Source: Perna viridis (taxonomy: Eukaryota). From it: DNA of 64,000 nt. A program made the translations under genes and the position numbers. Positions 38,831-53,800 of the stretch are shown here, piece after piece. Below the pieces are notes generated by a model, which worked only from the letters and a program-made list of their open reading frames with translations, had not been told where the DNA came from and searched no databases. Every line of letters begins with the position of its first letter. Position 1 is the stretch's first letter. The stretch spans positions 4,092,001 to 4,156,000 of the forward strand of contig CM074511.1 in the NCBI GenBank assembly GCA_037379345.1, read 5' to 3'.

Positions 38831-39621
38831 GCGACTCCTCATAATCCACACACAAGTCGTAAACAAACACCGTCACATTTCATGGGGAGTGGTGGGGTAC
38901 ATGTTGTGCCTGGCTGACAATACTTTTAAATTTGCTATAAGTGCTTTACCAATTATATACGAAAAATGTGGTCCCTGTCCAATAAAAAAAATTGACATAT
39001 CACAAAGTTTTGCTTGTACAACGAGGATCTGTGGGTTGGTGCTAGTTATTAAGGACAACAGCATTGCCGTTCATGAAATGTTGAAAGGTACTTACAGTAA
39101 GCTATTACTAGCAATTTATGAAGAACTTAATAGTACACATAAACAAAATTCCTTTTCCCAATTCGCCAGTATTGAGTAATACGTTAACACATGGTAAGCA
39201 GGCCAGGATCAAATACCCACACATTCTTAAGTCAATAGAATAACCAAGTAGTAGTCTGGACAATTTATCATGAAGAAAAACCTTAAGGTCAAAGGTCTAG
39301 GCCACATGAAGGTCATCATGATACAGGTTATTCGGCCTCATGGGAATACCAGTGATTGGGATTAAAAGTTTGAGAATGGACCATTAAAATGATTTTCAGT
39401 ATTTAAACAAGCCATTCTTATAACTAAGTAAACATTTCTGATTTTAATGGGACATTTTCAGTTTGAATGTGATAAACAATGCATGGCTCCCTCTAATCCT
39501 GGGACTAAATAATACTTTCATATAATGCCTGTCTAATCCATTCACTGTAATATATCCATATGTTTAAGATATCAGGCCTATGTCAAAAGACATACAAAAA
39601 GGACAAAAGTGAAGATTGTAG

Positions 39622-39627
39622 TTTATT
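39622..39627 (-). terminator. Candidate polyadenylation signal of gene B
   Basis: AATAAA on minus strand at the end of a ~3.9-kb TE-poor AT-rich tract after the stop. Confidence 0.4.
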
Positions 39628-42600
39628 TGAATTTTTCAATACATCAAACAAATACATAATGAAACATGATAAAAATAAATGTAAACAGAATCTATACATT
39701 GCATTACTAACACACTACCACTATTAAAAAAAGCTCAGAACTATAAACAACGACATGATTAACTATATAATGGTTGGATGGGACTATTGAAATACCATAT
39801 AGATGACCATTTTATGGGGATGTAAAAGTTTTCTGGAGGAGCTAAAAATTCATTTAAAACTATATACTAGAAGCATTGTTTATATTTTCATTTTTTCTTA
39901 AAAATCAATATGAAATAAAGATATGATTCTTGTACTTAAAATGATTTTTTTTTAGAATTTGTTTGAATTAATCACACATTAAATTTTTTAACTAAGCTTT
40001 TTGTGAATAAGAAATTTGTTTTCATGACTGCAACCCAAGTCACCAATTCAAATATTTGCACCACAAAAATATTTTGTTGTAATTGATAGCCCCATAAACA
40101 TCCCTACAAAACTTTTCATCTATATGTTAGGAGACAGCTTCACTATTTGTTCACACAAGCGACAATTAAATATCAATTCTTCTGGTTCTGAATGATGATA
40201 GTTCATTAGTAGTTCATAGATGTGCTATAAGCATGGCTTTATTAATTTTTCACATGATCTAAAATTTGCAATTTGAACTTCTTTAGACCATATGGAATAA
40301 GAAAAAAATACCATGAAAGAAAGACTTCCAAATTCTTTTAATAAAAAAAAAACAATATCCTATTCCATAACTACACTAATGGAAATCTGATCTTGTAAGT
40401 TTGCCTGAGAGAAAGAATGAGACAGCCCTGAGCACCTACATAAATCTATAAATAATTTGTTACTGTTAGATAACAGATACAAACTTCATAAGCTTTCTGA
40501 GGGCACCAAAAAAAAAAAAAAATCTATATTAGTACCACATTCTCAAAATCAGTGCAATTTTTAAGCTTATGACAAGTTTGATTTTAAACTAGGATCACAG
40601 TACCGAAGTCTACCTGAAAAATGTACTATCTACACTAAAAAGTTTTGTTGAAGCCTAATCTTGTAACTCAGGTAAATCGAGCAAATAAGAACATATATTG
40701 CATGTTGTATACAGCAGTATATTACAACAAAAGAAAGCAGAAAAGATAAAAATGCTATACAACCCTTTTTATTAAACTCCAAAGAAAAAAAATCTTGACA
40801 ATATTGTTCAACCATGTGAGTGTAAAAACATAGACTAAAAAAATGTAAAATGAATTTTAAAACAACACCTAAGAAGACAAGATGGAAGAATATACAGCTG
40901 AATTTTATTGTGACCTAAAAATAAATGTCATCAGATCTATAAATAGAAAGAGCTACTGATGTAAAATAATCAATAAAATGAATTAATGCATATAAAAAAT
41001 TTAATAAATAAAATCTGTAACATGAATGAAAGATGTTAAAACATGTGAATTTGATCAGAATGGCACAACACAATAGTATCCTTAGTTACATATCACAAAT
41101 TATTATACAATGGTTGGATGATGAAATGAAATAAAATCTGTATTTCTTATTTCTCTACAGTATTAAAACTCGAACTTTCCTAATTTGAAAAGCTCTCATC
41201 CAATTTTATCTAAATCATTAATAAACTGATATTATGTAATCAATGAAACAATATTACACCAGCACTTTCCAACTAAAATACTTACGTTTTTAAAATATTG
41301 TTTGAAGGAACAAACCACTAGAATGAAAAACACACAAAAAATTCTACTTTTTTTTCTGATCATGATCATGTCAAACATGTGCTAAGTTTTCCTCTTGTGT
41401 AGTAATGAAATGTGTGACACAACACTTACATATGTAAATTGCACTCGTCCAAAAAAAAAAAAAAAAAAAAAGAGGAAGAAGAAGAATTTAAAGCAATAAA
41501 AATAATATCAATTGGTAAGAGTACATACAGACCAATGCAATGGTTCAAAAAATGACCTTGGACAATTACATATCAGAATTACTGATAAAATGGTCCTAAA
41601 ATGACCTTGGACAATTACATATCAGAATTATTGATACAATGGTCCGACCTCAGACAATTATTGACACATATAGAACTTAATAAGTACTTCTTTCACTGAG
41701 GTTCATGTATGTTTCAAAAATCGTATTTCATGTCTTTTTATGTTAATTTTTGCATAACATTTATTCAAACCTAAAAAAAAACTTGTTGTAATCAGTACCA
41801 TGTTACCAGTACTTCATAAAAAGGTTAAATTATTTAGAGATTAAAAAGTCAGAAATCTAACATGGTAAAAATTGCGAAGTTGGACAATAAGATTGTCACA
41901 GACAAACACATATAAATAAACATTAAGCAACTTTTTGATCAATATTTCTATATTAGTACAATGTTTCTTCACAACACACTTTAAAGCACATTATGTTAGC
42001 ACAATAAAAGCTGAATATCAATAATTATACAACCTGTAATATACAAAACAGTCATAGCTTAAATAGTTGTAAAACAATATATATATACATTCACAATAAT
42101 AGTTCATTTAAAGGCATATATGTGTTTATTTGTAAAAGCAATGATAGGATGTATTGCTTACATGAAAGTGGAACAAATGTTTACCTACATGTTATGATAA
42201 TCCTTGTTGCAAGAAAAAAAAAACATGGCATAGTAATGACCTCACACCACCACATTTTACTCATCTTGTGGTTTTTAAAATCTAATGTGAACTCAATATC
42301 ATTAAATATATCAAGTTTTGGCAAATTGTTCTTGGAACTAGTCTGACAAAAAATGAATTTAGAATTTTACTAGACAACAATTTAAAACATCTGAAATTGT
42401 CTGTCCAAAAGGAATTTTGTCTTCTATGTTGGACAGCTTATGAATTGTGCCATGTCTGTATGCTACATAACTACTGTTGGTGTTTGTAAGTAAATAATTT
42501 ACCAAGTAAGAATTGAGGTATGAAATGGTAACTAAAATGTTTGATTTGTTTTTAAATGACTAGTAAACATAAATATTGTAAATTCAACTATATTTTATAA

Positions 42601-43535
42601 CTAACAACTGGCCAGCATTACTGACAATAAACAAACAATTAATTTTTTAGCCTACAGCAAAATGTTTTACTTGACGAAAGTAAATCAATTATAAAGTCAA
42701 GCTTAATTAGCAAAGAAAATCAACTTGATCCATTCAGCTAGATCATATATATATGTGTACTGGTATATTTTAAAATTTCTCTTTTTCTGAATACCATTAC
42801 AAAATGTACTGGTAATTAAACAGTCCTCTTGTAAAATATACTTTTTTAAAAGACCAGCTTTTGATGGTAAATGAAATATGACTGTATGAATGTGATATTG
42901 CATAAAATACAGATTAATTAACAAAAGGTGGGAGAATCTTCTTGCTGCATTATTGGCTAGAATAATTCATACATCTTCCTGGAAATCTAACACAAGTGAA
43001 ATATATTCAAAGGAAGAACTTGAAGATAACATATCTCTTGTAGCAAAAGTTTAAGGTAACATTATAACATATTTACAAATTAACAGAACAAATAATTTGC
43101 AGTTCAAATCTCATTCATTCCCTATTCATTAACAAAGCACATGCTAGTACATGATTACTTTGTGGTGACATTATCTGGCGACACAACCTCTAACTACAAC
43201 ATCACTGGGATTAAAGCAAAATGGTCCCTAGAGCAGTGTGGAATGTAAAGCAGGATAATCTCTGAATTACCTCCCCTTAAGACAGGGTTATTGTTATATG
43301 ACTCAGATATTTAGCACTATGGAATGCAAATGAATTGTCTACTGCAAACTCATTCCACACTAAAAGTGTAATAAAGCATGATTCTTTTATGTTTCAGCTG
43401 TCTTTTTTGGAAAGTTCAGCTAATTAGATGAAATCTCAATGATTCCACATCAACATCACAAGATATAACCACAACATCAATACTTCTCCACTCACATGCA
43501 TCAGTATGTAAAAATGAAGACACAGTAAATGAATA

Positions 43536-43740
43536 CTACACAAATGTATGCATGGCTGACGGAGCAGCAACTTCAGAAGCTGTCATTTTTTCTGCACCGT
43601 ACTGTCCTATAAATGATCCATCCTCATTAAATCGACTAGGATCAGGATCTGCATACTCTTCTAAGCTATCTTTGTCACTCTCTAGGGGACCATATCTATC
43701 AAAGTCATCTGGACTACCAGCTAAAGGTTGTGTCTCACCA
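43536..43740 (-). CDS. Nrg: Gene B last exon with FIGQY ankyrin-binding motif, ending HTFV
   Basis: GETQPLAG...DKDSLEEYADPDPSRFNEDGSFIGQYG...HTFV*; FIGQY at 43599-43613. Confidence 0.96.
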
Positions 43741-46700
43741 CTGAAATAAAAAGAACAAAGAGTTTATAATGCTGGACTTTACTGCAAGCAATGTTTTGGC
43801 AATGTTATCACAACTGCCAATGAAATTGAACTACTTTAAATAAGACAACAAGTTTTCATTTAGATTAGAATTGACCAAGTTCTATCTGATGACATTGTGA
43901 AGAATGTATTGCTGGATAAAAAGTCAAAGACTGTTTCATTCTGAGAGAGTGAATATGTTTCTACGTTTAATTGAATTGTATAATTAAAATCTAAACAAGT
44001 GCTGACCATTTACCAACTACATGTTAGATTATTTCCCCTTCACTGCAAACATTATTTTCAATATCTAACAGGATCTGATTAGACCTGTTTTACACATCAC
44101 AAAGCTGCTTGTAGTATTAGTTGCCAAGTGCGATATACATGTTACAGGAAGTAGTGAACCATGCTTGATAGAATGAGATGTAACGGTAGTTTCTTTCCAG
44201 CAGATCTGCTTGATAGAATGAAATTTAACGGTAGTTCCTTTCCAGCAGATCTGCTTGATAGAATGAGACTTAATGGTAGTTCTTTTCCAGCAGATCTGTA
44301 CAACATTTCAGTATGATTATACAGCAATATTTTCAAGAAATGAAAAGCTCAGATTTACTACCCTTACTCTGTAGATCAGGGCATCATTTCATAACGCACT
44401 TGTACGACTTACCTATACGTAAATCCTTAACAAACCAATGGGACTTATGAGCACATAGCTCTTATGTAAGCTTTGTGAAATGGTGCCCTGGAAGTTTCAT
44501 ACTGGATGTTGCCCTAATTACTACAGCTCAGAACAATCCATATGATTTTCATATTGTATGTTTGAAATGTAGGCCATTGAATACTTTGGCATAGCTCTTA
44601 TATGCCAAGCAATTGTAGGTTGATGTGATTTAAATTTACCCTTATTTTGTAGTTTGGTGTGGTACTATATCGTACAATAAAGAAAATACAGCATCAGTGG
44701 AAAGGAGGCCATACCTGTAGTCCAACGGTCCAAAAGTTTGATGGTTTAATTGTCCACCAGTTTAATAGTCCCACAATTCAATAATCTCATGGTTCGATAG
44801 TCTGACAGCACTATAGTCTGACTGTTTCATAGTCTGACAGTTCAATAATTTTTCAAACATGTTTCCTAACTAAGAGTTATTAACTATGGTTGTAAGCCTA
44901 TTGCTAGAATAGTTAACCATAACCAAAGTAATTTAGTCATTACATTGAGGGTGGTGAAAGGAAGGGCTGAGCTATTTTCTAGTAGCATTCATCTATGTAT
45001 GTTTTTGCCTTTTTATTTTTTTCCCTTCAATGTTCTCAATTTTTGTCATCCTTACTGTTGTTCACTCAGACTATACCAACCACCAAACGAACTTATATGT
45101 CTAAAATATTCAACAAATCTCATCTCTCTTATCTCGTCAGTGCTACATCCCATATCCTAGACTAAAGTTAACTGCTACATACCGGTATCTAAGATGTATA
45201 ATTTTTTTGTTTTAGTAAACACAAAACTTTATTCTCATAGTTTAAGATATATACTACTAGTTATAAATTTTAATATCAGTATTATTGGTAATCTTGTTAA
45301 GATTTCCTAGGTGCTTGGCAATGACTAAAAGTAGGCGTTTGGACCCAGTTTGTTATATCTTTATTAAAGAACTCTAAGTCTCTTCTGTCGTTTGGGTACC
45401 TACATTTTGCAGAATATAATGTCGATTGTAAATATCAATACCAGTGAATCATAGATTATTTAAGAGAAAAAATCTACAACCATTTGTGAGATGGACTGAT
45501 GAAAAACCATGAAACAATAATACTCAACTAAAAATATAGTGCGGTACCTTGTATAACCTAAGCCTTTTTGTTTTCCAAGTACAATGTTGGCTTTCATCGA
45601 ACCTTCGGATAATCAAACTTTGGACAATCAAACTGTCAGACTACTGAACTGTTGGACTGAAGAGGCACTGAACTGACAAGCAGACCCCATGGAAAATAAA
45701 GTTTAATTTATTTCCTGTTTTAAAATAATTTTGGTAATTTCTTTCTTTAGAAGCTGTTGTATTTCAATGTTCAATATTTGATTAACAACAATAGCAAGTC
45801 TTATGATTCATACCACAATAGTTTTACATGCACATGGTTACATGTATGAACAATCTCCTTTTAACATTTGAAAGACACTGTTTGCACATCTTCAGCTTAC
45901 ACACAACACATTTATGAAATAGCTTTCCCCTCATTTGAAGAGGATGACAATTTAGTCAGCCTTTCAATGATAGCTACATATTAGGTGTTATAGTGCATCA
46001 ACCACACTGTGATATACTACATTCCTACTTTCACTTTATGTCAATCATCAGTTGTCTCCTTTCAATGGCACTAACATAAAATAAGCAACACATATAAACA
46101 GCAGCCACAACAAAATAATTACACTTATATGACAGTATGTACAACATCAAAACTGAAAAACAGATCTGAACTAAACAGAATAAGCAACTACACAAAGTAA
46201 AATCATGCGCAAATTTTTAAAGTGAAACTGAAAGTAGAGCTTTAGAGGGAAGTAAAATCAAAGATAAAAAACACCTGCACTTTGCCAGGACTCACAGCTC
46301 ATCAAAATCCCAGGTGGCCATCCTTAATGGTAGAGGGAAAAATATAATATAATGTCATGTGGATAATACAAAACCATCAACAATAATCTCTCCTTTAACT
46401 TTTATCCCCAATTCATTACATACATAAAGAATTACTGAGGTTGCAAGTACTTTTCATAAAAAAAGTTTTAGGCTTTTCAGGCTAAAAAATACCATCTTAA
46501 CAGCATTAAATATCAGAGGCCTAATATAATAAATAGGAGAATATGCCAAATCTTCTAGATTAATAAAAGTATCAAGACATTCTGTCTGATAGTAAACACA
46601 GCCATACACCTGTATATTATATCTAAGACAATACACATCACAGATAACTTACACTAAAAGACCTAAACTGTCAAAAGTGAGATCTAATCAATTAGGCTTC

Positions 46701-47786
46701 AAATTCTATGCTAACATATTGCTACAAGAATCAACCTCATAATACATGTAGTAAAGAAAGCTTCATCTAACTACACTTAACATCATCTATAGGACAGTCA
46801 CATTTTAAAGGTAATTAATTTTACCTATCAATTGATTGGATTGTAATATACATTTTGTGTTAATGAGGCTATCCTTTCCCTGTTGTCTTTAGTATTATAT
46901 TCTCCTATAGCAACTTTTCAACTACTTTTTTCTTAAGTCATTTAAATCTTCTAATAATAGGATCTTAAATTGAAAACAATTTCAGCAGATAAATATGAAA
47001 TAGAAAAAAAAAAATGATGATACTCACTTTTGACATGTAGATTATGCATGGTTATATGAACATATTCAGACAGACACTTATATATTCAGAAAATGCCATG
47101 CAGTTGTTTTTCTGACCATGAAGATTACTAAGAAAATAAATTATGTTCTGTTCTTGAAGAGATGTGTTAGACAATTTTTAGCTTCAGCCAATGACAAGTT
47201 TTATTTCAAAAGACCAATATACTAATGTATACAAAGGGTAGATAACTTGATAAATTCCAAAATAAAATATTGTGTGTTAAAGCTTGAAAGTTTAAGAGCA
47301 AAATTAAATAAACAATAGAAAAGTTAAGAAATAAAATAAGAGCAGTTGTCAACTAAAGATAGAAATAACAGACCAATTAACAACAGTGAGAAAGCCGAAT
47401 TTACATCAATAATGAAATGTGACTATGATAAGGGGTGTCTATAATGAAATAGATACAGGTAGATGTAAATGGTTATGTTATCCAGTATTCTAAGGGAAGA
47501 CTTGTATTTTCAATTTTTAAGAAAAATAATTGATTATCTGTAATGTCTAATTTTATTCCTCTGATGGGTTTTAAAACTAATTATTTCTTTTTTTTTTATC
47601 TTTAGGAAAAAGAATATAAAAATGAAATATAAGAAAGTGATGACATTACTACCATACATACTAGAACCATCAACAATAGTTACATCTAAATAAGATTTCT
47701 TAAACTTTAACAATAGAAATCCAAGCCTATGAGATGTATTGTAGGATAAAGAGATGAAAGTTTACAAGAAACAGCAGGAGATGATT

Positions 47787-47821
<35 letters not shown>

Positions 47822-50800
47822 CTACATACATGGGATTATACTACAGAAACTTACTTATCATTGAACCCATTGTACTGAGCTGTCTTCTTCTCATCATTCT
47901 CTAATCCTCTCAACTTTTCTTTCTCTTGTACTGAAACAAAAGAAAAACATGTTCATTTCTCCATAGTATACAGCGCAACTTGTATAACCCAAACCCTGTC
48001 TAAACCAGTTAACTGTGTAAACAAGACCCTGGATAAACTAGTTACCTGTAAACCAAAACCTTGATAAAGCAGAAATCTGTGTAAACCAGATCCTGGATAA
48101 ACCAGAAACCTGTGTAAACCAGATCCTTAAATAACCAGTAACCTGTGTAAACAAGACCCTGAATAAACCAGAAACATGTGTAGACCAGATCCTGGGAAAA
48201 CCAGTAACCTGTGTAAACAAGACCCTGGATAAACCAGAAACATGTGTAAACCAGACCCTTAAATAACCAGTAACCTGTGTACATAAGACCCTGGATAAAC
48301 CAGAAACCTGTGTAAACCAGATCCTGGGAAAAAACAGTAACCTGTGTAAACAAGATCCTGGATAAACCAGTAACCTGTGTAAACCAAAAATCTACTGATG
48401 TCCCTTCATATCAGTTTCAATATTTTTAACCTGTATAAACTAAACACCTTAACCAAACAAATCTCTCAGTCTAAAAGGGGTTTGGTAAAGACAGGCAACA
48501 CTGTTTGTCATACTTAACAGATTATCTATGTAGTAAATCATTTAAGTCAATGCCTTACAGAGGAATACAACACATTAAAGGCCAGCTGTATTATAAAGTG
48601 AACTTTTTTTACATTGCTATGATACTTAATATGTGTTCCCTGCAGCTATTGAAAAGGGCAGGGTAATCAAGGTCAAATCAAGTGACTTACTGGATATGGC
48701 ACTTTAAGGTACCATTTCAAAGAAACTCATTTTTTTTATTCAAGTTATCATCCAGACATCAAGAAAACGCTTGTTTCTGGTCCAATTCAGGCCTCCGAAG
48801 ATTAACATCAATGCTAACCGTATCTCCGCTAAAATGCATGAAAGTTTGGCATATGTTAAATTCAGGTTCGAAAACTAATTTCAATAAATGTCGCGTGGAT
48901 ATTCATACCACTAAACCTCAGATGGTTTACGCTCAGGGCATGCTTGTTTAACCTGACAACTTACATGTATAAGGCATTGTCGCACCCCATCTCCGTCGCG
49001 CCTGTTTTTGTTTTTTTTTCCCCAATATTTTCAAGAGGCGCATAACAAAATATTCTACACATGGATTGAATACAAACGTTACACAGGATGCAGCTGACTG
49101 AAATAAAAGACAGCTTCGTTAACATAAAATATAGACACTACAATTTGCATTAAATATTCAAAAGAAGACAAAAAGCTGAACTGCAGACAAAAAATTAGCA
49201 CGACAGGACCGCTTGGCATGAATATTGTATTAGATCTGGCTGTCATTACAAATACTAAAACTGCATGTCAGCTATTAAGCACAGATATTTACACACGAAC
49301 GTGAAGAATTTACATGTACATGCATCCATGATCCCTCAGAGTAGTGCATCATAATACTTCCCTACGTAACAGTTTTGATATAAATACAGGTATTTTAAGT
49401 GCCTACTTCTTTTTTTGGCATATGTGTAGGTGTACACTAAATGTGAAAGAAATGTTGGAAAATTTACTTTATACACAAGAAACTTAAGCAACAGGATTTT
49501 ATACACCCAAAATTGCGTACATATTGTACACATTGTAAATGTATATGTATTGAAGATTTTTTTCCAAAATAACTTTGTTACATAGAACTGTGGTTAATCA
49601 TTGCAATAGATAAATACCCAGAGCCTGGATTTTTTGACAGGCAAACAAAGCGCACTGCTTTTAATTTTTCTACTTTCAAAATAGAAACAGGAGTGAATGA
49701 AAAGCTTTATTTGGGTTTGGTCATTTAACAGTGTTTATGCCAGATCGCATAAGGGAATAAAATGCAAAATTTATTACAAACAAAATTATCTTTAGACAGC
49801 GTGCTACAGGTTTCTATACACTAATGCTCCTATTTTTGTACTACGTTCCACGCAAAAGTAAATCATAATGCAGAACAATCTTTTATCTAGGAGATTTATA
49901 GAAATATTTGAGCTAACAAATATTGAAAACTATAAGATTCAAATATTACACCCACACAAATGACAGTAAAGCGGTTCAAAGTAAGTGCATTCACATACAT
50001 GCAAACATGTTCATAGCAGTGGCTATATCAAAATCGGCATCTGATCAAAGATTATTTCGAACTTTATTTCATTCTTTGGCATAAAGATGAGATAACAGCT
50101 CTTTAGTTAATATATCTACTCCACTTGCTAAAGTGGTAATTAGTGTTTCAGCGTACATTACACTGGTGGCCAGGTGCTTAATCACGTCACAGTAGCTAAA
50201 TCACATGATACATGTACAGGTACGACTGAGTAATATTTTTAGCATGATTTTTGAAGGTTTTTTGTTAAATGCACACAGAGATCCAGCATTAACCAAAAAA
50301 TCCTTTTTCCTGTAGAAAGAATTTATAAATGCACACTTTCAGTTTCAATCTTTTTTTGGTTAACGCTGGATCTCACTATAAAATAAGTGGCAGAAGAGTG
50401 AAAAAATGCTCTTTTTTTTTTACAGAATAGCCTTCCAGGCAGTTTTTGTGCATTTGTTTCTGTATTGTTATTTTTTTAAATCACAAACTAAATGCATAAA
50501 ATTGAAAATTTACAATATGAATTACATTATTATTTAGTTTTATTCCAAATTGATGATAATCTTTTTAACAATTATTTCAGTAGGCAGAATAAGGCCTTAT
50601 GGACCCTCAACCTTTGCTTCCCATATGTTTGTATGATAGAGTTGTCAAATACATGAATTCTAGAATCTATGAACTAATTATGTTCCCTTAATCGCGAAAA
50701 TTCGTATTCACATTAGAAGTACTTTCACAGTATTGTGTAAACATATTACAGATAAACATTTGCCAAGGTGCATCATGCAAACATCTACTTAGGGAAAATT

Positions 50801-53800
50801 AACAGAAAAAGGACAAAGTGCCCATAAAAACACATAAAATGACAGGATGACAGTGCCCTCTCAAAGGTACCATTATAAAAAGACTGTTTTGAAGTAAAGA
50901 TACCATTAATTGATTAACCAGCAATTTGATCAGACATTTAAGTAGGAATTTTAGACAATGCTTGAATGATAGCAACAAGTAATTTGAATTCAGGAAAATA
51001 TCAACATCTATGCATCAAATAAGATTTTAGACTAACTTACCATGGTATTTATCTCCCCTGTTGCGTTTTACAAGGCACACTATTATCAATATAAGTAGGA
51101 GTAATGCTAGGACAACCATCATTATAATAAACCATGTTGCTTCATACACAGCACTGGCTATAGCTGAAATAGAACTTGATAGTAATACATACAATCCTTT
51201 AAACATCTGATTATCTAGATATACAAATTAATTATGGTATATTTCACACAAAGATTTCATTACAAAGATTATTTTTCTTGGTTTACTACCTTTCCATTAA
51301 AAATACCACCAACCTCAACCTGAAATTTTTCTTCTCCAATCGGTTGCCCACATTTTTATACTTTCACCCGAACAAAAACATCTAAAACATCTAATCTTAG
51401 TGGTATAGAATGTTGTGAAACAATATCATGGACATCCATATGCTATTACTGAAGCTAAATTCTATAAAATGCTTGTGTTTGGCCCCTAATTTCAAAAAAG
51501 GTTTGAGCCATTACTTTCACAATCAATACCAATTTTTCCTTTGTGGTATGGATCATTGTTGTGAAATATCATGAAGACCAACCAATATTTAAATTATCAA
51601 ACCTAGATCAATAGACAACAACAATGATGATAACTATGACAATAGCAAAACCAAATCTGTGGTGGTATAAACCACAATATACTTACAAGCATATAAATAT
51701 ATGATTAATACTTACCAACACTGCCAAGTGTAGTGACAAGTTTCTTTTCACTGCGAGAGATATGCCTCCCACTAACAGCTACTACTCTCACTTCATATGT
51801 TTTAGCTTCTGATAAGTTACTGATCACAGTCCATGTTTTTAATCTCTCCAGGGTACCATTTTTAAAATCATGGTCACCTGAAATGAAACATTTTTATATT
51901 CAATATATTGTAAACTTCACTTTGAATTATAAAATAGTTTTGTTATGAGTAAAAACAAATTGGCTGAAGGTTTTCCAAGCTTGTTTCTTTTTCAATATAC
52001 AAATTTATGAGGCCTTTATTATGTGAGAGATATTAATAATTAGACATGAATAACTCCAACATGGCTTAAAAGATTAAAACCAAAATTTTACCAATGATAG
52101 ACCTCATCATGCTGAACACTTTTACCCATGCCAGAATTCATCTAAACCTAACAGTTTTGGAGATATATGCGAAAAACCACTGTTTGACACCTATATTCTC
52201 TTTTAAGTAACACCAGCCATGTTTTTTGACAAATCAAAAATCCCCACTTCAGTTCTATGCAGAATATTCCTAATAACTTTTGCACAAAGTTTGGTTTCAA
52301 TTTTTAAGTAGTGTCAGAGGAGAAGATTTTTGAAAAATAGCCAAAAAACGTCAAAAAAGGGCGATAACTCCAACATGACCAAACGGATAAAAACAAATAT
52401 TTGATCACAGATAGATCTCATCATGCTGAACTTTTTAACCCAGCCAGAATTTATCTAAATGTAACGATTTTGGAGAAATATGCAAAAAACCACTGTTTGA
52501 CCCCTATGCTCTATTTTTAGTAACAGTAGCCATGTTTTTCGACAAATCAAAAATTCCCACATCAGTTCTATGCAAGATACCCCAAGAAACATTAAATACC
52601 AAGTTTGGTTTCACTTGGTCAAGTAGTGTCAGAGAAGATTTTTGAAAGAAATAACACGAAAAACATGTTTTAACAAATTAAAACCAAAATTTGACCACAG
52701 ATAGATCTCATCATGCTAAACACTTTCACCCTGTCAGAATTTAGCGTAACCTAAAGATTTTGGAGATATATGCAAAAAACCATTGTCTGAACCTCCTATG
52801 TTCTATTTTTAGTAATAGTGGCCATGTTTTTTGACAAATCAAAAATCCCCACATCAGTTCTATGCAGGATACCCCAAGGAACATTCATAACAAGTTTTGT
52901 TCTAATTGGTCAAGTAGTATCAGAGGAGAAGAGTCTTGTATAATTGTTAATGACGACGACAGAAGACGATGACGGACGCCAAGTGATGGCATTAGCTCAC
53001 ATGGCCTTTGGCCAGGTGAGCTAAAAATCTCAATTTCCAGAGAAACTAACTAAGTGAACATTTCAAACTTGTCCACATGATTCATGGAAATAATTTATCC
53101 ACATGTAGGCATGAGATTGCTAATACATATAACAAAGGACAACATTCGGTAAGGACCAATTCTGGCCTCAAAATTTGAAATTGTTCAAAATAAAGATTTT
53201 TAGCGTTTTTGTACACATACATGTTTACACCAGCCAGTTTGATAAGCATCTCATCATTGTAGCACCAACAAAACTGCCTTCATGATGAAAAATCCATAAA
53301 ATCTCAGTATTACAGCATATTTTTGACTGTTTTTGTGAAAAACAAATGTGGCCGCATGCATGTTCATTCTTGATCTTGAGATATATTGTGTAGTATTGTA
53401 AGATAAAACAAATATGTCAATATTTTGGATTAACACAGATGTGGCCATTCCCGTTTAAGGCATAAATCATCGTAAATTATGTGCAAAAATGCAACAAAAT
53501 TGAAGATTTCACAAATATGTGTATTGACCGCTATTAGGTCAAAAACATTCATGATATCGCCAAAATTGGCTGAGATGTATTTACTACATTCATTATCCTT
53601 TCAAATAAACTAACTAGTAGAGACAAAAAGAAATCTTTCAAAAACATTGAATACTGGGACCAAAATAGGGCCTTACCAAATCTACTCCTTTTGGAGAAAT
53701 GTCAATTTCCATGAGGGAGATAATTCTCACAATCTCATTTTAGCAGGTTAAAATTGGTTTTAAAACTTGTCCAAAAGATTCACAATGGCCAATATAGCTA

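Noticed and set aside
43552-43749. Plus-strand 65-aa ORF
   Set aside because: Antisense shadow of the FIGQY exon
45183-45188. Possible 6-nt microexon (ttag|ATACCG|gtatgt) in gene B
   Set aside because: Frame-compatible, but the upstream tract is A-rich rather than pyrimidine-rich; expected by chance
48038-48353. Repetitive ORFs (LVYTG../FTQV..)
   Set aside because: Translations of a 33-bp minisatellite
51051-51059. RGD integrin motif in gene B (KRNRGDKY)
   Set aside because: Lies on the cytoplasmic side of the TM helix
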